Notes: a model not told the origin generated them from the sequence alone. Shown: positions 10,139 through 19,888, counted from the stretch's first letter. The stretch is DNA of 59,350 nucleotides from Bacteroidota bacterium (GCA_024638565.1 JAHEKC010000007.1:1-59350), one strand, 5' to 3'. Numbers and translations are program-made.

Positions 10139-11377
10139 TCATGCATCCAGCTCTCCCGCTATGACATTCATGGAACTCATCGTCAGGATGGCATCGGACA
10201 ACATCCCGCCAACGATCATTTCAGGGTAGGCCTGGTAATATATGAAGCAGGGACGCCGCATATGCAACCGGTAAGGGGTACGGCCGCCATCGCTCACAAG
10301 GTAATATCCCAGTTCACCATTGCCTCCTTCCACCGGATGGTACACCTCCCCTTTCGGAACTTCGGTCTCACCCATGACAATCTTGAAATGCCAAATGAGC
10401 GCCTCCATGCTATTATATACCTCTTCCTTGGGAGGCAGGTAAAACGCTGGAACATCCGCATGGATGGATGTTTTATCCTCCAGCTTTTCCAGCTTTCGAA
10501 TGGCCTGTTCAATGATGCTGATGCTTTCCCACATTTCACGTTCGCGTACCATGAACCGGTCATAAGTATCTCCCTGGGTGCCTACCGGGATGATGAAGTC
10601 GAAATCCTCGTACGATGAATAAGGGCTGGCCACACGGACATCGTAATCCACACCCGTGGCCCGCAGGTTAGGTCCTGTGAAACCGTAAGACAAAGCGCGC
10701 TCTGCATCAATGGGACCGCATCCTATCGTACGGTCCATGAAAATCCTGTTGCGCACCAGCAGGTTCTCGAATTCCCGGAGTCCCTCCGGCAATTCCTTGA
10801 GCAACTTGTCGATCTTGCGCCAGGCTGTTTGTGAAAAATCACGTTCCAGCCCTCCTATCCTGCCGATATTGGTGGTAAGCCGTGCTCCGCAAATCTCTTC
10901 GTAAATCTCGTAAATGTGTTCCCTGAACTGGAAGATGTAAAGGAATCCGGTCATGGCACCGCTGTCGACGCCTATCACGCTGTTGCAGATGATGTGGTCT
11001 GACAGCCGGGCAAGTTCCATGATGATTACGCGCAGGTAGTCCACACGCTTGGGAAGCCGGATGCCACCAAGTTTTTCGACCGTCATGTGCCAGCCCATGT
11101 TGTTGATGGGCGAGGAACAGTAATTGAGGCGGTCCGTAATGGGTGTTACCTGGGCATAAGGCCGTCGCTCCGCCAGCTTTTCAAAAGCCCTGTGTATATA
11201 CCCGATGGTAGGCGTGGCGGAAACAATCTTTTCGCCGTCCATTTGCAGAACGTTTTGAAAAATGCCATGGGTGGCGGGATGTGTGGGGCCCAGGTTGAGC
11301 GTGGTGTATTGCTTCTGCTCCAGCGCACCTCCGGCCTCTCCTGGCTGCAACTGTTCACCGGCTTCCTTGTTACTCAT
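10139..11377 (-). CDS. nuoD: NADH-quinone oxidoreductase subunit D
   Basis: NLGPTHPATHG, GYIHRAFEK, DRLNY and C-terminal GELDA. Confidence 0.97.
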   Translation of the reverse strand: MSNKEAGEQLQPGEAGGALEQKQYTTLNLGPTHPATHGIFQNVLQMDGEKIVSATPTIGYIHRAFEKLAERRPYAQVTPITDRLNYCSSPINNMGWHMTVEKLGGIRLPKRVDYLRVIIMELARLSDHIICNSVIGVDSGAMTGFLYIFQFREHIYEIYEEICGARLTTNIGRIGGLERDFSQTAWRKIDKLLKELPEGLREFENLLVRNRIFMDRTIGCGPIDAERALSYGFTGPNLRATGVDYDVRVASPYSSYEDFDFIIPVGTQGDTYDRFMVREREMWESISIIEQAIRKLEKLEDKTSIHADVPAFYLPPKEEVYNSMEALIWHFKIVMGETEVPKGEVYHPVEGGNGELGYYLVSDGGRTPYRLHMRRPCFIYYQAYPEMIVGGMLSDAILTMSSMNVIAGELDA

Positions 11378-11871
11378 CTCCCGAACATTTTATCGTCCTT
11401 GTCGTAGCGAGCCTGGTCTTCGAGCGGGTATTCCTTCCTGAGAGGCCACCCTTCCATGTCATCCATGTTAAGGATGCGACTGAGGTTGGGATGACCCTGG
11501 AAGCGGAACCCGTAAAAATCATATGTTTCACGCTCCATCCAGTTGGCACCCGCAAAAACCGGAATCATGGAAGGAAATTCCGGCGGGTCATCGGCCGTAA
11601 AGGCCTCCACCCGTACGCGCAGGTTGCGCGGCAGATCGTGCAGGTGGTAGACCATGCCGAACGGTTTGTCCCGGTCCGGGTAATGCATTCCATGGCAACT
11701 GGTCAGGAACGCGTAACCGGCATCTTTCAAGGTGCGAATCGCCGTATCAAGTACTTCCGGCCCGACCGTGGCCACGGAAATATCAGTGTGTTTAACCACT
11801 CCCAGCAAACCCGCTCCACACGATTCCTGCAATTGGGCCTCCAGTTCGGCCGGTTCGGGTGAGGATAGCAT
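11374..11871 (-). CDS. nuoC: NADH-quinone oxidoreductase subunit C
   Basis: ANWMERETYDFYG, GHPNLSRIL and PLRKEYPL. Confidence 0.96.
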   Translation of the reverse strand: MLSSPEPAELEAQLQESCGAGLLGVVKHTDISVATVGPEVLDTAIRTLKDAGYAFLTSCHGMHYPDRDKPFGMVYHLHDLPRNLRVRVEAFTADDPPEFPSMIPVFAGANWMERETYDFYGFRFQGHPNLSRILNMDDMEGWPLRKEYPLEDQARYDKDDKMFGR

Positions 11872-11879
11872 ATGCAGGT

Positions 11880-12416
11880 CTATTGGATTCCGTAAGAGGC
11901 GAGCAGCTCCTTGTATTCGGCCGAATCCCGCCTTCTTAACGATTCGCCTTTAACGAGTTTTTGAATCAGAAGGATCCCGTCAAGGATCTGCTCCGGCCTG
12001 GGAGGGCAGCCGGGAACGTAAACGTCGACCGGGATGATTCGGTCGATACCCTGCAGCACCGAATAGGTATCGAAAATACCGCCGCTGCTCGCGCAAGCCC
12101 CCACGGAAAGCACCCAGCGCGGTTCCGCCATCTGCTCATATACCTGCCGCAGCACGGGACCCATTTTCTTTGCAATAGTTCCCATCACCATCAGCAGGTC
12201 GGCTTGCCGGGGTGAAAAGCTGAGCCTTTCCGCGCCGAAACGCGCAAGATCGTAATGCGAAGCCATGGTGGCCATGAATTCGATGCCGCAGCAGGAGGTG
12301 GCAAACGGCAGCGGCCACAGGGAATTGGCACGGGCAAGCCCGACAGCCTGGTCCAGCTTGGTGGCGAAAAATCCACTGCCCTGGTATCCTTCCGGTGTAT
12401 TGACGACCTTGACCAT
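11880..12416 (-). CDS. nuoB: NADH-quinone oxidoreductase subunit B
   Basis: [21 protein letters not shown] and VPGCPPRPE. Confidence 0.98.
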   Translation of the reverse strand: MVKVVNTPEGYQGSGFFATKLDQAVGLARANSLWPLPFATSCCGIEFMATMASHYDLARFGAERLSFSPRQADLLMVMGTIAKKMGPVLRQVYEQMAEPRWVLSVGACASSGGIFDTYSVLQGIDRIIPVDVYVPGCPPRPEQILDGILLIQKLVKGESLRRRDSAEYKELLASYGIQ

Positions 12417-12472
12417 TTAATTTTTTCCGTTACGGATGTGTTATGCTTCCAATAATTTCGACGTTGTCATGG

Positions 12473-12835
12473 TCACTCCCACTTGAGCGCCCCTCTCCTA
12501 ATAATATAGGTAAATCCCACCAGGAAAAGCGAAAGGAAGATGAGCATTTCCACAAAGCCGAACATCCCCATATCCTTAAAGTTAACAGCCCAGGGATACA
12601 TAAAGATTATCTCCACATCGAAAAGGACGAAAAGGATGGCAACCAGGAAGTACTTGATCGAGAATGGCATCCTGGCATTCTCCTGGGATTCGATCCCGCA
12701 TTCGAAGGGCTCGAGCTTTACCTCCGTTTTCCGGCGGGGGCCCAGCAAATGTGTGACGAAGATGGTGAACAGGACGAATCCTGAAGCCACGACAAACATC
12801 ATGGCAATGGGCAGGTAGTCAGCGGGCGTACTCAT
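12473..12835 (-). CDS. nuoA: NADH-quinone oxidoreductase subunit A
   Basis: PFECG, FVLFDVEIIFMYPWAV and GALKWE. Confidence 0.97.
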   Translation of the reverse strand: MSTPADYLPIAMMFVVASGFVLFTIFVTHLLGPRRKTEVKLEPFECGIESQENARMPFSIKYFLVAILFVLFDVEIIFMYPWAVNFKDMGMFGFVEMLIFLSLFLVGFTYIIRRGALKWE

Positions 12836-12917
12836 GTCCGGGCACCGGCTCGTTCAGTCATTTAGCTGTATATCCTTCAAAACGAAAGCCTTGAATGCAA
12901 GCAGCGAGCCTCGGAGG

Positions 12918-12925
12918 CAAATTTA
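12918..12925 (-). promoter_or_regulatory. -7 element for nuoA-G
   Basis: TAAATTTG on the minus strand, 82 nt upstream of nuoA. Confidence 0.6.
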
Positions 12926-13031
12926 GCTTTTTTACGTGTACCGTCACAGCGCGGGCATTCGTACCTAAGCGGCTGAACCTCATTTAATTTTAATCTAAAA
13001 TCAATATCATTGCAATTCAACAACATCCGCT

Positions 13032-13412
13032 ATGAAAATTTCCCGAATCCTTTCGCTGCCACTTTTCGTTTTAATGCTAATCGTGGCCGCTTGCGGCAGC
13101 CCGTCCGGCGAGGAACAGGCTGGCGAGGGCACGGCTACCGAGGAAGAAGGGCCTGCCGTGATTACAGACCTGGCGGGGGTTTCTTCCTATTACGAATGCC
13201 CCATGAAATGCGATGGGAAGCAATACGACGGGCCCGGTGCATGTCCGGACTGCGGAATGCCCCTGGCGCTCGTGGAGGAAGACGGTGAAAACGGCGATGC
13301 CGGGAACCAGGAGGAACACGACCATGAAGGACACGACCACGAGGGACATTCCCATGAGGACGCTCCGGCTGATGGAGGGGATGGGGACGACCAAACGGGT
13401 GCCGAAGGTTAA
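13032..13412 (+). CDS. Lipoprotein with heavy-metal-binding domain and His-rich tail
   Basis: Lipobox VAAC; YECPMKC...PGACPDCGMPL; HDHEGHDHEGHSHE. Confidence 0.85.
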   Translation: MKISRILSLPLFVLMLIVAACGSPSGEEQAGEGTATEEEGPAVITDLAGVSSYYECPMKCDGKQYDGPGACPDCGMPLALVEEDGENGDAGNQEEHDHEGHDHEGHSHEDAPADGGDGDDQTGAEG

Positions 13413-13440
13413 CCGGCAACCGGTATTAAATACCTTTTGA

Positions 13441-13788
13441 ATGAAAAGGATTTTAACCATAGCAATACTCGCTTCCATTGTGCTGAGCACTACCGGCATC
13501 GTGGTGGCTCGTCATTACTGTAAGATTGCGTTCAGCGAGAGCTGCAATAAAAATTGCTGTGAAAAATCCACGGTACCCTGCTGCAATACCGAAGTAAAAT
13601 TTTATCAACTTGATTACGTCACTCTTGTCTCTGACCAGGTACGTGTGGAAGCAGGGTTGATTCCCGCCAAACCTGTTTATTTACCTGAATTATACAACCA
13701 GCGGTTTACCGCATCCTATTCCTGCCTGGCATTCCGCGCCCCGCCGGGCCCGCCGGCACAGGCACTTTTGCAATCCTTCCTCATTTGA
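13441..13788 (+). CDS. HYC_CC_PP-type Cys-rich small protein with C-terminal RAPP motif
   Basis: Hydrophobic N-terminus, HYC, two CC pairs and FRAPPGPP near the C-terminus; directly upstream of a TonB-dependent receptor. Confidence 0.8.
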   Translation: MKRILTIAILASIVLSTTGIVVARHYCKIAFSESCNKNCCEKSTVPCCNTEVKFYQLDYVTLVSDQVRVEAGLIPAKPVYLPELYNQRFTASYSCLAFRAPPGPPAQALLQSFLI

Positions 13789-13850
13789 ATTGACAGGCGG
13801 GCGACCAGCCCGGACGGAGATTTCCTGTTTTACCTTTCAATTCTATCAAC

Positions 13851-16046
13851 ATGAAAATTATATCTGCAATTATAGTTGCGGTCGTGTGTGTCTGCCCGGC
13901 CGCTGCACAAACGATCAGGGGTATCGTGTTCGAACAAAACGAACATGGCAAAAAGTCGCCGTTGACAGGCGCCAGCGTCTATTTCCCCGGGACCGCGACC
14001 GGTACGACCACCGGCAGCGACGGGCGGTTCACCATTGAAAAGACCGGGGACCTGCCGGATTCGCTTGTATTCAGCTTTATCGGCTATTTGAGGGATACGC
14101 TCGCCATTACCGGCCATCCCATGAAAGTGGTGCTGGACCGTTCCCTGACGCTCGAGCAGGTCGAAATACAGGCCCGGCAGCCGGAGTCATACATTTCTAT
14201 GCTCGAACCCATCAAGACCGAAATCCTGACCACTGCTGAACTGAAAAAGAACGCATGCTGTAACCTGAGCGAAAGTTTCGAATCCAATCCCACGGTAGAT
14301 GCGTCGTACACGGATGCCGTCACCGGTGTGCGGCAAATCCAGATGCTGGGTCTCTCCGGCAGGTACGTTCAGAAATTGCAGGATGTGCTGCCGGCAGCAC
14401 GCGGTTTGAATACGGTCATGGGCTTCAATAATATTCCGGGTCCCTGGGCGCAGGATATCAGCGTGGTCAAGGGGGCAGGCAGCGTGGTTAATGGTTACGA
14501 GTCTGTATCCGGCCAGATTAACGTGGAACTCAAGAAGCCCGAGCAAACAGACAACTGGTACCTGAACCTTTACGGCAACGGGGAAGGACGGGCGGAAATC
14601 AACCTGTTGCATGCCATTCCGATTAGCGAAAAGTGGAGCACCATGTTCCTGACCCATGGCAGCGTGCTGGAGAACAAGAATGATCACAATGGCGACAACT
14701 TTCTCGATATCCCCCGCTACCGCAGGTACAGCCTGATGAACCGGTGGAAATACGACTCCGGTCACCGGGTGGAAGGCATGGCAGGAGTCATTTACCACGA
14801 TGACGACCGCACGGGAGGTGACATCCGGTTCGATGAAAAAACAGACAAGCTATCCGACCGCTATTACGGGATCGGGATCCGGAGCAGGCGCGTGGAAGCC
14901 TTTTCTAAGACAAGCCTGGGATTTATCGGTCATGAGTACAAGAGCGTGGGGCTTCAGCTATCCTATTCCATGCATGATGCGGAAAGCTATTTCGGACAGA
15001 AGCCCTATGCGGGCGAACAACATACGCTCTGGGCCAACCTGATATACCAGTCGGTATTCACAGATACGCGGAACAAATTCAGGATGGGGGCAAGCTTTAT
15101 GTATGACGATATCGAAGAACAATACCTCGAGCAGCCGTTTTCACGCCTCGAGACAGTACCGGGCGTGTTTTTCGAATACACTTACGACGATCTCAAGCAC
15201 TGGACCCTCCTCCTGGGCGTGCGAGGCGACTACCACAATGAATACGACCTTTTCTATTCGCCAAGAATACATGCCCGGTACCGTCCCGGCGAGAACACAA
15301 CCATCCGGTTGTCCGCCGGACGCGGGTATCGCGTGGCCAATTTCTTCGTCGAACAGATGCAGGTGCTGGCCTCGTCCCGGGACATCGTGTTTCTGGACGA
15401 TCCGGGAGTGGAACACGCATGGAATTACGGTATGAACGTTTCACATTGTATCGAGATCGCAGGCCGGCTGGCCAGCCTGTCGGTTGATTTTTACCGAACG
15501 GATTTTACAAATAAACTGGTGGTCGACCTGTATGCCGACGCCACACGCGCATACGTGTTTCACCTGGAGGACCGGTCCTGGTCCAACAGTTTCCAGGCCG
15601 AGATTTCGTACGAACTGACGCTTAACCTCAAGGCAAAGGCAGCCTTTAAACTTCAGGAGGCGCGCAGCCAATACCTTTCAGGCGAGCGCAAGACGCCTTT
15701 TAACCCGTCCAGCCGCGGACTGGTGAACCTGGCCTATGAAACACCATCGGGAACCTGGAAGTTTGATTTTACCACGCAATGGGTCGGCCCGCAGCAACTC
15801 CCGCTTTACCATGACCAGGACGAAATCATGCGGGAATCACCCGAATACGTGCGGTTGCTGGGACAGGTAACGCTTCGCCGCGGCCGCTGGGACCTGTACA
15901 TCGGCGGTGAGAACCTTGGTGACTTCAAACAAGAAAAGGCGATCATTAACCCGGATGATCCGTTCGGCGAATTTTTTGATGCCGGAATCGCATGGGGCCC
16001 TATTACCGGCAGGATGTTCTATGGTGGGCTCAGGTATGTGCTCTGA
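13851..16046 (+). CDS. TonB-dependent receptor (probable metal uptake)
   Basis: Signal peptide; carboxypeptidase-regulatory-like N-domain; plug with KNACCNLSESFE and VVKGAGSV; aromatic barrel-type C-terminus GLRYVL. Confidence 0.92.
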   Translation: MKIISAIIVAVVCVCPAAAQTIRGIVFEQNEHGKKSPLTGASVYFPGTATGTTTGSDGRFTIEKTGDLPDSLVFSFIGYLRDTLAITGHPMKVVLDRSLTLEQVEIQARQPESYISMLEPIKTEILTTAELKKNACCNLSESFESNPTVDASYTDAVTGVRQIQMLGLSGRYVQKLQDVLPAARGLNTVMGFNNIPGPWAQDISVVKGAGSVVNGYESVSGQINVELKKPEQTDNWYLNLYGNGEGRAEINLLHAIPISEKWSTMFLTHGSVLENKNDHNGDNFLDIPRYRRYSLMNRWKYDSGHRVEGMAGVIYHDDDRTGGDIRFDEKTDKLSDRYYGIGIRSRRVEAFSKTSLGFIGHEYKSVGLQLSYSMHDAESYFGQKPYAGEQHTLWANLIYQSVFTDTRNKFRMGASFMYDDIEEQYLEQPFSRLETVPGVFFEYTYDDLKHWTLLLGVRGDYHNEYDLFYSPRIHARYRPGENTTIRLSAGRGYRVANFFVEQMQVLASSRDIVFLDDPGVEHAWNYGMNVSHCIEIAGRLASLSVDFYRTDFTNKLVVDLYADATRAYVFHLEDRSWSNSFQAEISYELTLNLKAKAAFKLQEARSQYLSGERKTPFNPSSRGLVNLAYETPSGTWKFDFTTQWVGPQQLPLYHDQDEIMRESPEYVRLLGQVTLRRGRWDLYIGGENLGDFKQEKAIINPDDPFGEFFDAGIAWGPITGRMFYGGLRYVL

Positions 16047-17094
16047 TTTGTATCTTGTACACGTGCGCAGAACGATTTTAGCATTATGCATAGCCGGCCT
16101 GTGGCCAGCGGCGCAGGCACTGGCCCAGAAAGAATATGTGCTTGACACGATGCGGCTCACGTACCATGCGAACTTCAGGGGCTTGTCCGTGGTGAATGAC
16201 AAGGTCATCTGGATTTGCGGCAACAATGGATTCGTCTGCCGCTCCGTCAATGGCGGACAATCCTGGGATACCATGCAGGTGGCCAGTTACGAGGGAAGCG
16301 ATTTCAGGGACATAGAGGGGTTTGACAGCAGAACGGCGGTAGTGATGAGTTCCGGGACGCCGGCCCTTATACTGAAGACCACTGACGGGGGGAAGCGCTG
16401 GAAGCGTGTTTTCCGCGATGAAAGGCCTGAAGTCTTCCTTAACGGCATGGCATTCTGGGATCACAAACGCGGAATCGCTTTCGGCGACCCGGTGGATCGG
16501 AAGCTGTTTTTATTGCAAACCAGCAACGGGGGCGGCAACTGGAAGGAAATTCCCTTCCGGGACTGCCCGGTAACCCAGGATGGTGAGCATGGCTACGCAG
16601 CCAGCGGAACCTCTGTGCGCGCCACTGGACAAGGATACGCCTTTATCGGAACAGGAGGTCGTGCCGCACACCTTTTTACCAGTGGTGATTACGGCAAAAC
16701 CTGGCAAAAAAAGTCATGCCCTATTCTTAAAAAGCCGGAGTCCGGCGGGGTATTCAGTGTGGCTTTCAAGGATGCCCGTACCGGCGTAATCATGGGTGGC
16801 GATTACAAGGCTGACACCTCTGCAGTGGAAAACTGTTTTCTGACTTACAACGGGGGGATATCCTGGAAGCCTCCGTTGAAAGCGCCGGGAGGTTTCCGGT
16901 CGTGCGTGGAATACATCAACCAGACCACCCTGATGGCGACCGGGCCCACCGGGACGGAGTATTCGCGGGATGGCGGAAATACCTGGGTCCCCATCTCTGC
17001 CGCCGGCTTCAACGTGGTGCGGAAAGCCAAAAAGGGAACACGGATCTTCCTTGCGGGCCCCGGCGGCCTGATCGGGATCATCTCGAAGTACTAG
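16036..17094 (+). CDS. BNR/Asp-box beta-propeller protein (YCF48-like)
   Basis: Repeated S/T-x-D/N-G-G-x-x-W Asp boxes; signal peptide ending ALA-Q. Start uncertain (16036 ATG or 16063 GTG). Confidence 0.85.
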   Translation: MCSDLYLVHVRRTILALCIAGLWPAAQALAQKEYVLDTMRLTYHANFRGLSVVNDKVIWICGNNGFVCRSVNGGQSWDTMQVASYEGSDFRDIEGFDSRTAVVMSSGTPALILKTTDGGKRWKRVFRDERPEVFLNGMAFWDHKRGIAFGDPVDRKLFLLQTSNGGGNWKEIPFRDCPVTQDGEHGYAASGTSVRATGQGYAFIGTGGRAAHLFTSGDYGKTWQKKSCPILKKPESGGVFSVAFKDARTGVIMGGDYKADTSAVENCFLTYNGGISWKPPLKAPGGFRSCVEYINQTTLMATGPTGTEYSRDGGNTWVPISAAGFNVVRKAKKGTRIFLAGPGGLIGIISKY

Positions 17095-17202
17095 CCCCCT
17101 TACTGCAATTCCTGCGCAATCAACATTTTCCTGTTGATTAAATGTATGCATTAGAACGTGTTACAATTTAAAGTGAGGGCTTGCCGTTCTTATTTTTGTA
17201 TC

Positions 17203-18153
17203 ATGAAAAGATATGTCCTGCTTCTTCCTGCCGTGTTCGGCATATGCGCCAGCATTGCCGTGGCGGGCCAGCCCGATTCTCCGCGTATTACCAAGGAGAC
17301 ATATATCGCCACGTACCGCGATCATGCCATTTCCAACATGATGAAATCCGGTGTTCCGGCAAGCATTACGCTGGCACAAGGCATCCTGGAATCCGAATTC
17401 GGCAACAGCTACCTGGCCCGCAAGGCCAACAACCACTTCGGCATCAAATGCCACAGTGGCTGGAAAGGCAGGAAGGTGTACCAGGATGACGACAAGCGGA
17501 ATGAATGCTTCCGCAGATACAAATCAGCGTCGGAATCGTTTGACGACCATTCGGATTTTCTGCGAACCCGGCAACGCTATGCTTTTCTGTTTGACCTGAA
17601 GATCACCGACTACAAAGGCTGGGCCCGGGGCCTCAAAAAGGCCGGATATGCCACCAACCCCAGTTATGCCGGCCGCCTCATCCGCATCATAGAGGAACAC
17701 CGGTTGCACGAGCTGGACCGGATGGGAGCGAACATGCCTGTGGCCTCTTCCGGCAAGCCTGCCGTGAAGCCCCGTAAGCAGCGCAAGCGCAGCCGCAGCG
17801 CATTTCCGGCGCCTGCACCCGCGTCGTACAAGATGACGGAGAACAACGTTCCTTTTGTAACGGTCAGGGAAGGCGAGACCTACTACTCCATCGCCAAAGC
17901 GAATCACCTGGAGCTTTGGCAGGTCTTCAAATACAATGACGCTGATATCCATGACATCCTGCATGTGGGCGACGTACTTTATGTAAAGCCCAAGCGCAAG
18001 AAAGCCCGGCAGGAAACGCACGTCGTCATCGAAGGTGAAACCATGCGTGACATCTCACAACTTTATGCCGTGAAGCTGAAAAAACTTTACCGGCATAACG
18101 ACATGCGTTGCTGCCAGGAGCCCAAACCCGGGCAGGTGATAAAGTTGAAGTAG
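17203..18153 (+). CDS. GH73 glucosaminidase with LysM domains (peptidoglycan hydrolase)
   Basis: ASITLAQGILES, NNHFGIKC and AGYATNPSYA; two LysM-like C-terminal repeats; TATTTTTG promoter at 17191-17198. Confidence 0.92.
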   Translation: MKRYVLLLPAVFGICASIAVAGQPDSPRITKETYIATYRDHAISNMMKSGVPASITLAQGILESEFGNSYLARKANNHFGIKCHSGWKGRKVYQDDDKRNECFRRYKSASESFDDHSDFLRTRQRYAFLFDLKITDYKGWARGLKKAGYATNPSYAGRLIRIIEEHRLHELDRMGANMPVASSGKPAVKPRKQRKRSRSAFPAPAPASYKMTENNVPFVTVREGETYYSIAKANHLELWQVFKYNDADIHDILHVGDVLYVKPKRKKARQETHVVIEGETMRDISQLYAVKLKKLYRHNDMRCCQEPKPGQVIKLK

Positions 18154-18426
18154 TCCGGGTTTTGCCGCTTTGCGGCTTAAGGTTGCTGAACGGTTGCGTT
18201 TTTGGTGCGGAATTGACAAAACCTCAAATTTCCGGCCCGAATGACCATGCCATCGGTCGGGCGGGCAACTTTCAACATAACCCGTGCCCCTGGCGTGGAA
18301 AGGTCCCTTCATGGCAGCACGACCTGGAACTTAAACCAGCAACTGATCACGGTTCACCCGCCCGCTTCGGCGTTCGGGCAGGGGATCACGGACTTCGCAT
18401 GCCGGAGCCCTGGCGAAGGCGGATCA

Positions 18427-18817
18427 CTGTTCACTGAACACATCTAAAAAGCAAATATTTAATGCATAACGCGTAATGCATAATGCATAATGCTTAAGGA
18501 TAGGCGATTGGCCGTACCTGTACCTGCGCCCTTGAATGTTCAATTTTCAACACTCAACTCTCAATGCGCAAGGGTGCCAATATTTCAGCTGATGTATGGC
18601 CTGAAGCAGATCCGGTCAACGGATAACGGACTTCGTGCGCCATGGCTGAGGCGGGCCGCTGTTCACTGAACACATCTAAAAAGCAAATACTTAATGCATA
18701 ACGCGTAATGCATAATACTTAAGGATCGGTGATTGGCCGTACCTGTACCTGCGCCCTTGAATGTTCAATTTTCAACCCTCAACTCTCAATGCGCAAGGGT
18801 GCCAATATTTCAGCTGA
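18427..18817. repeat. Intergenic direct repeat, two copies (18427-18592 and 18659-18817)
   Basis: The 166 and 159 bp copies differ by 5 substitutions and one TAATGCA unit, and are separated by 66 bp. Confidence 0.95.
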
Positions 18818-18905
18818 CTTCCAGCATGACTTGATTCCGGATCACCCTGCTTCCCGCGTTATCCGGGCAGGGGACCACGGCATACAGGTCACTGTTCCCC
18901 TGCGC

Positions 18906-19340
18906 TCAGCTGTGTCCTGAAATATAACTCTTAAGCATATTAATTGTTTCCTGCTGGTCGGCGATAACGGCCCTGACCACGTCGCCAATGGAAATCACGC
19001 CGGCAAGCTTACCGTCGTCCATCACGGGTAAATGCCGGAAATTATTATCCGTCATCAGCTGCATACAGTCGATGATGGACTGGTTGCTGCTTACCGTGAG
19101 TACCTTGGAAGTCATTATTTCCCTGACAAAAGTTTCGCGTGATTTTTTACCCTTCAGGATGATCTTACGGGCGTAATCCCGCTCGGACACGATGCCCACC
19201 ATCTTTTCATCCTCCATGACCAGCAGCGCGCCCACGTTATGCTCACCCATAACCTTTAGCGCCTCGAAAACCGTGGCGCCGGGACCCACGTGCAGGATGC
19301 CCTCCTTTTTTTTCTCGAGTAGATGTCTTAGTGTGATCAT
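18906..19340 (-). CDS. CBS domain pair protein
   Basis: GIVSERDYARK, FRHLPV and GVISIGDVV. Confidence 0.93.
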   Translation of the reverse strand: MITLRHLLEKKKEGILHVGPGATVFEALKVMGEHNVGALLVMEDEKMVGIVSERDYARKIILKGKKSRETFVREIMTSKVLTVSSNQSIIDCMQLMTDNNFRHLPVMDDGKLAGVISIGDVVRAVIADQQETINMLKSYISGHS

Positions 19341-19375
19341 ATGCAGATGTTTGGATTTCAGTAGCCAATGTGGTG

Positions 19376-19888
19376 TCAGCGCGTCTCTTTAATGACCGCC
19401 GGTGCCGAATCCGCCTCACTCGCCGGTATGAATCGCAACGAACTTGTGTTGACACAATGCCGGGTATCTTTCGCGGTAAACCCCTCACCCAGGAAAACAT
19501 GCCCCAGGTGACCGCCGCAGTTGTTGCAAATGATCTCCGTCCGTCGGCCATCGGCATCTGGAACGCGGCGTACGGAACCGTCGATTTCGTCGTCAAAGCT
19601 GGGCCACCCGCAATGAGACTCAAATTTATCTCCTGACCGGTAAAGCCGTGCATTGCATTGCCTGCACAGGTACAGGCCCTCATCCTTTTTCTGGTAGTAA
19701 TCGCCGGTAAACGCCCGATCGGTTCCTTTTTGCAGGATGACATATTCCTCCTGCGGTGAGAGTTTATTGTATTCCATATTTACATTGGTATCGGATTGTT
19801 GAGGTTGCCCGGTGGGATGCTGGCAACCCGCCAGCAAAGGCCAGCAGAGGAAACACCCTGAAATGATATTCATTAAGAGCCTTGACAT
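19376..19888 (-). CDS. msrB: Methionine-R-sulfoxide reductase, with possible lipoprotein signal
   Basis: CRQC/CNNC Zn ligands, GWPSF, HLGHVF and RHCVN; N-terminal LLAGC. Confidence 0.92.
   Translation of the reverse strand: MSRLLMNIISGCFLCWPLLAGCQHPTGQPQQSDTNVNMEYNKLSPQEEYVILQKGTDRAFTGDYYQKKDEGLYLCRQCNARLYRSGDKFESHCGWPSFDDEIDGSVRRVPDADGRRTEIICNNCGGHLGHVFLGEGFTAKDTRHCVNTSSLRFIPASEADSAPAVIKETR

Noticed and set aside
15907-16035. Long N-terminal extensions given by the ORF track (also for rplU 24978, PaiB 54353, UbiA 56336, nuoH 6117)
   Set aside because: They overlap upstream genes or promoters; downstream starts fit the family N-termini.
18427-18817. Possible CRISPR array
   Set aside because: Only two units of about 160 bp, far too long for CRISPR repeats, and no cas genes in the window.
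18108-18920. Small ORFs in the repeat-rich intergenic region
   Set aside because: Short, with no motifs, and overlapping the repeat units; not supportable as genes.
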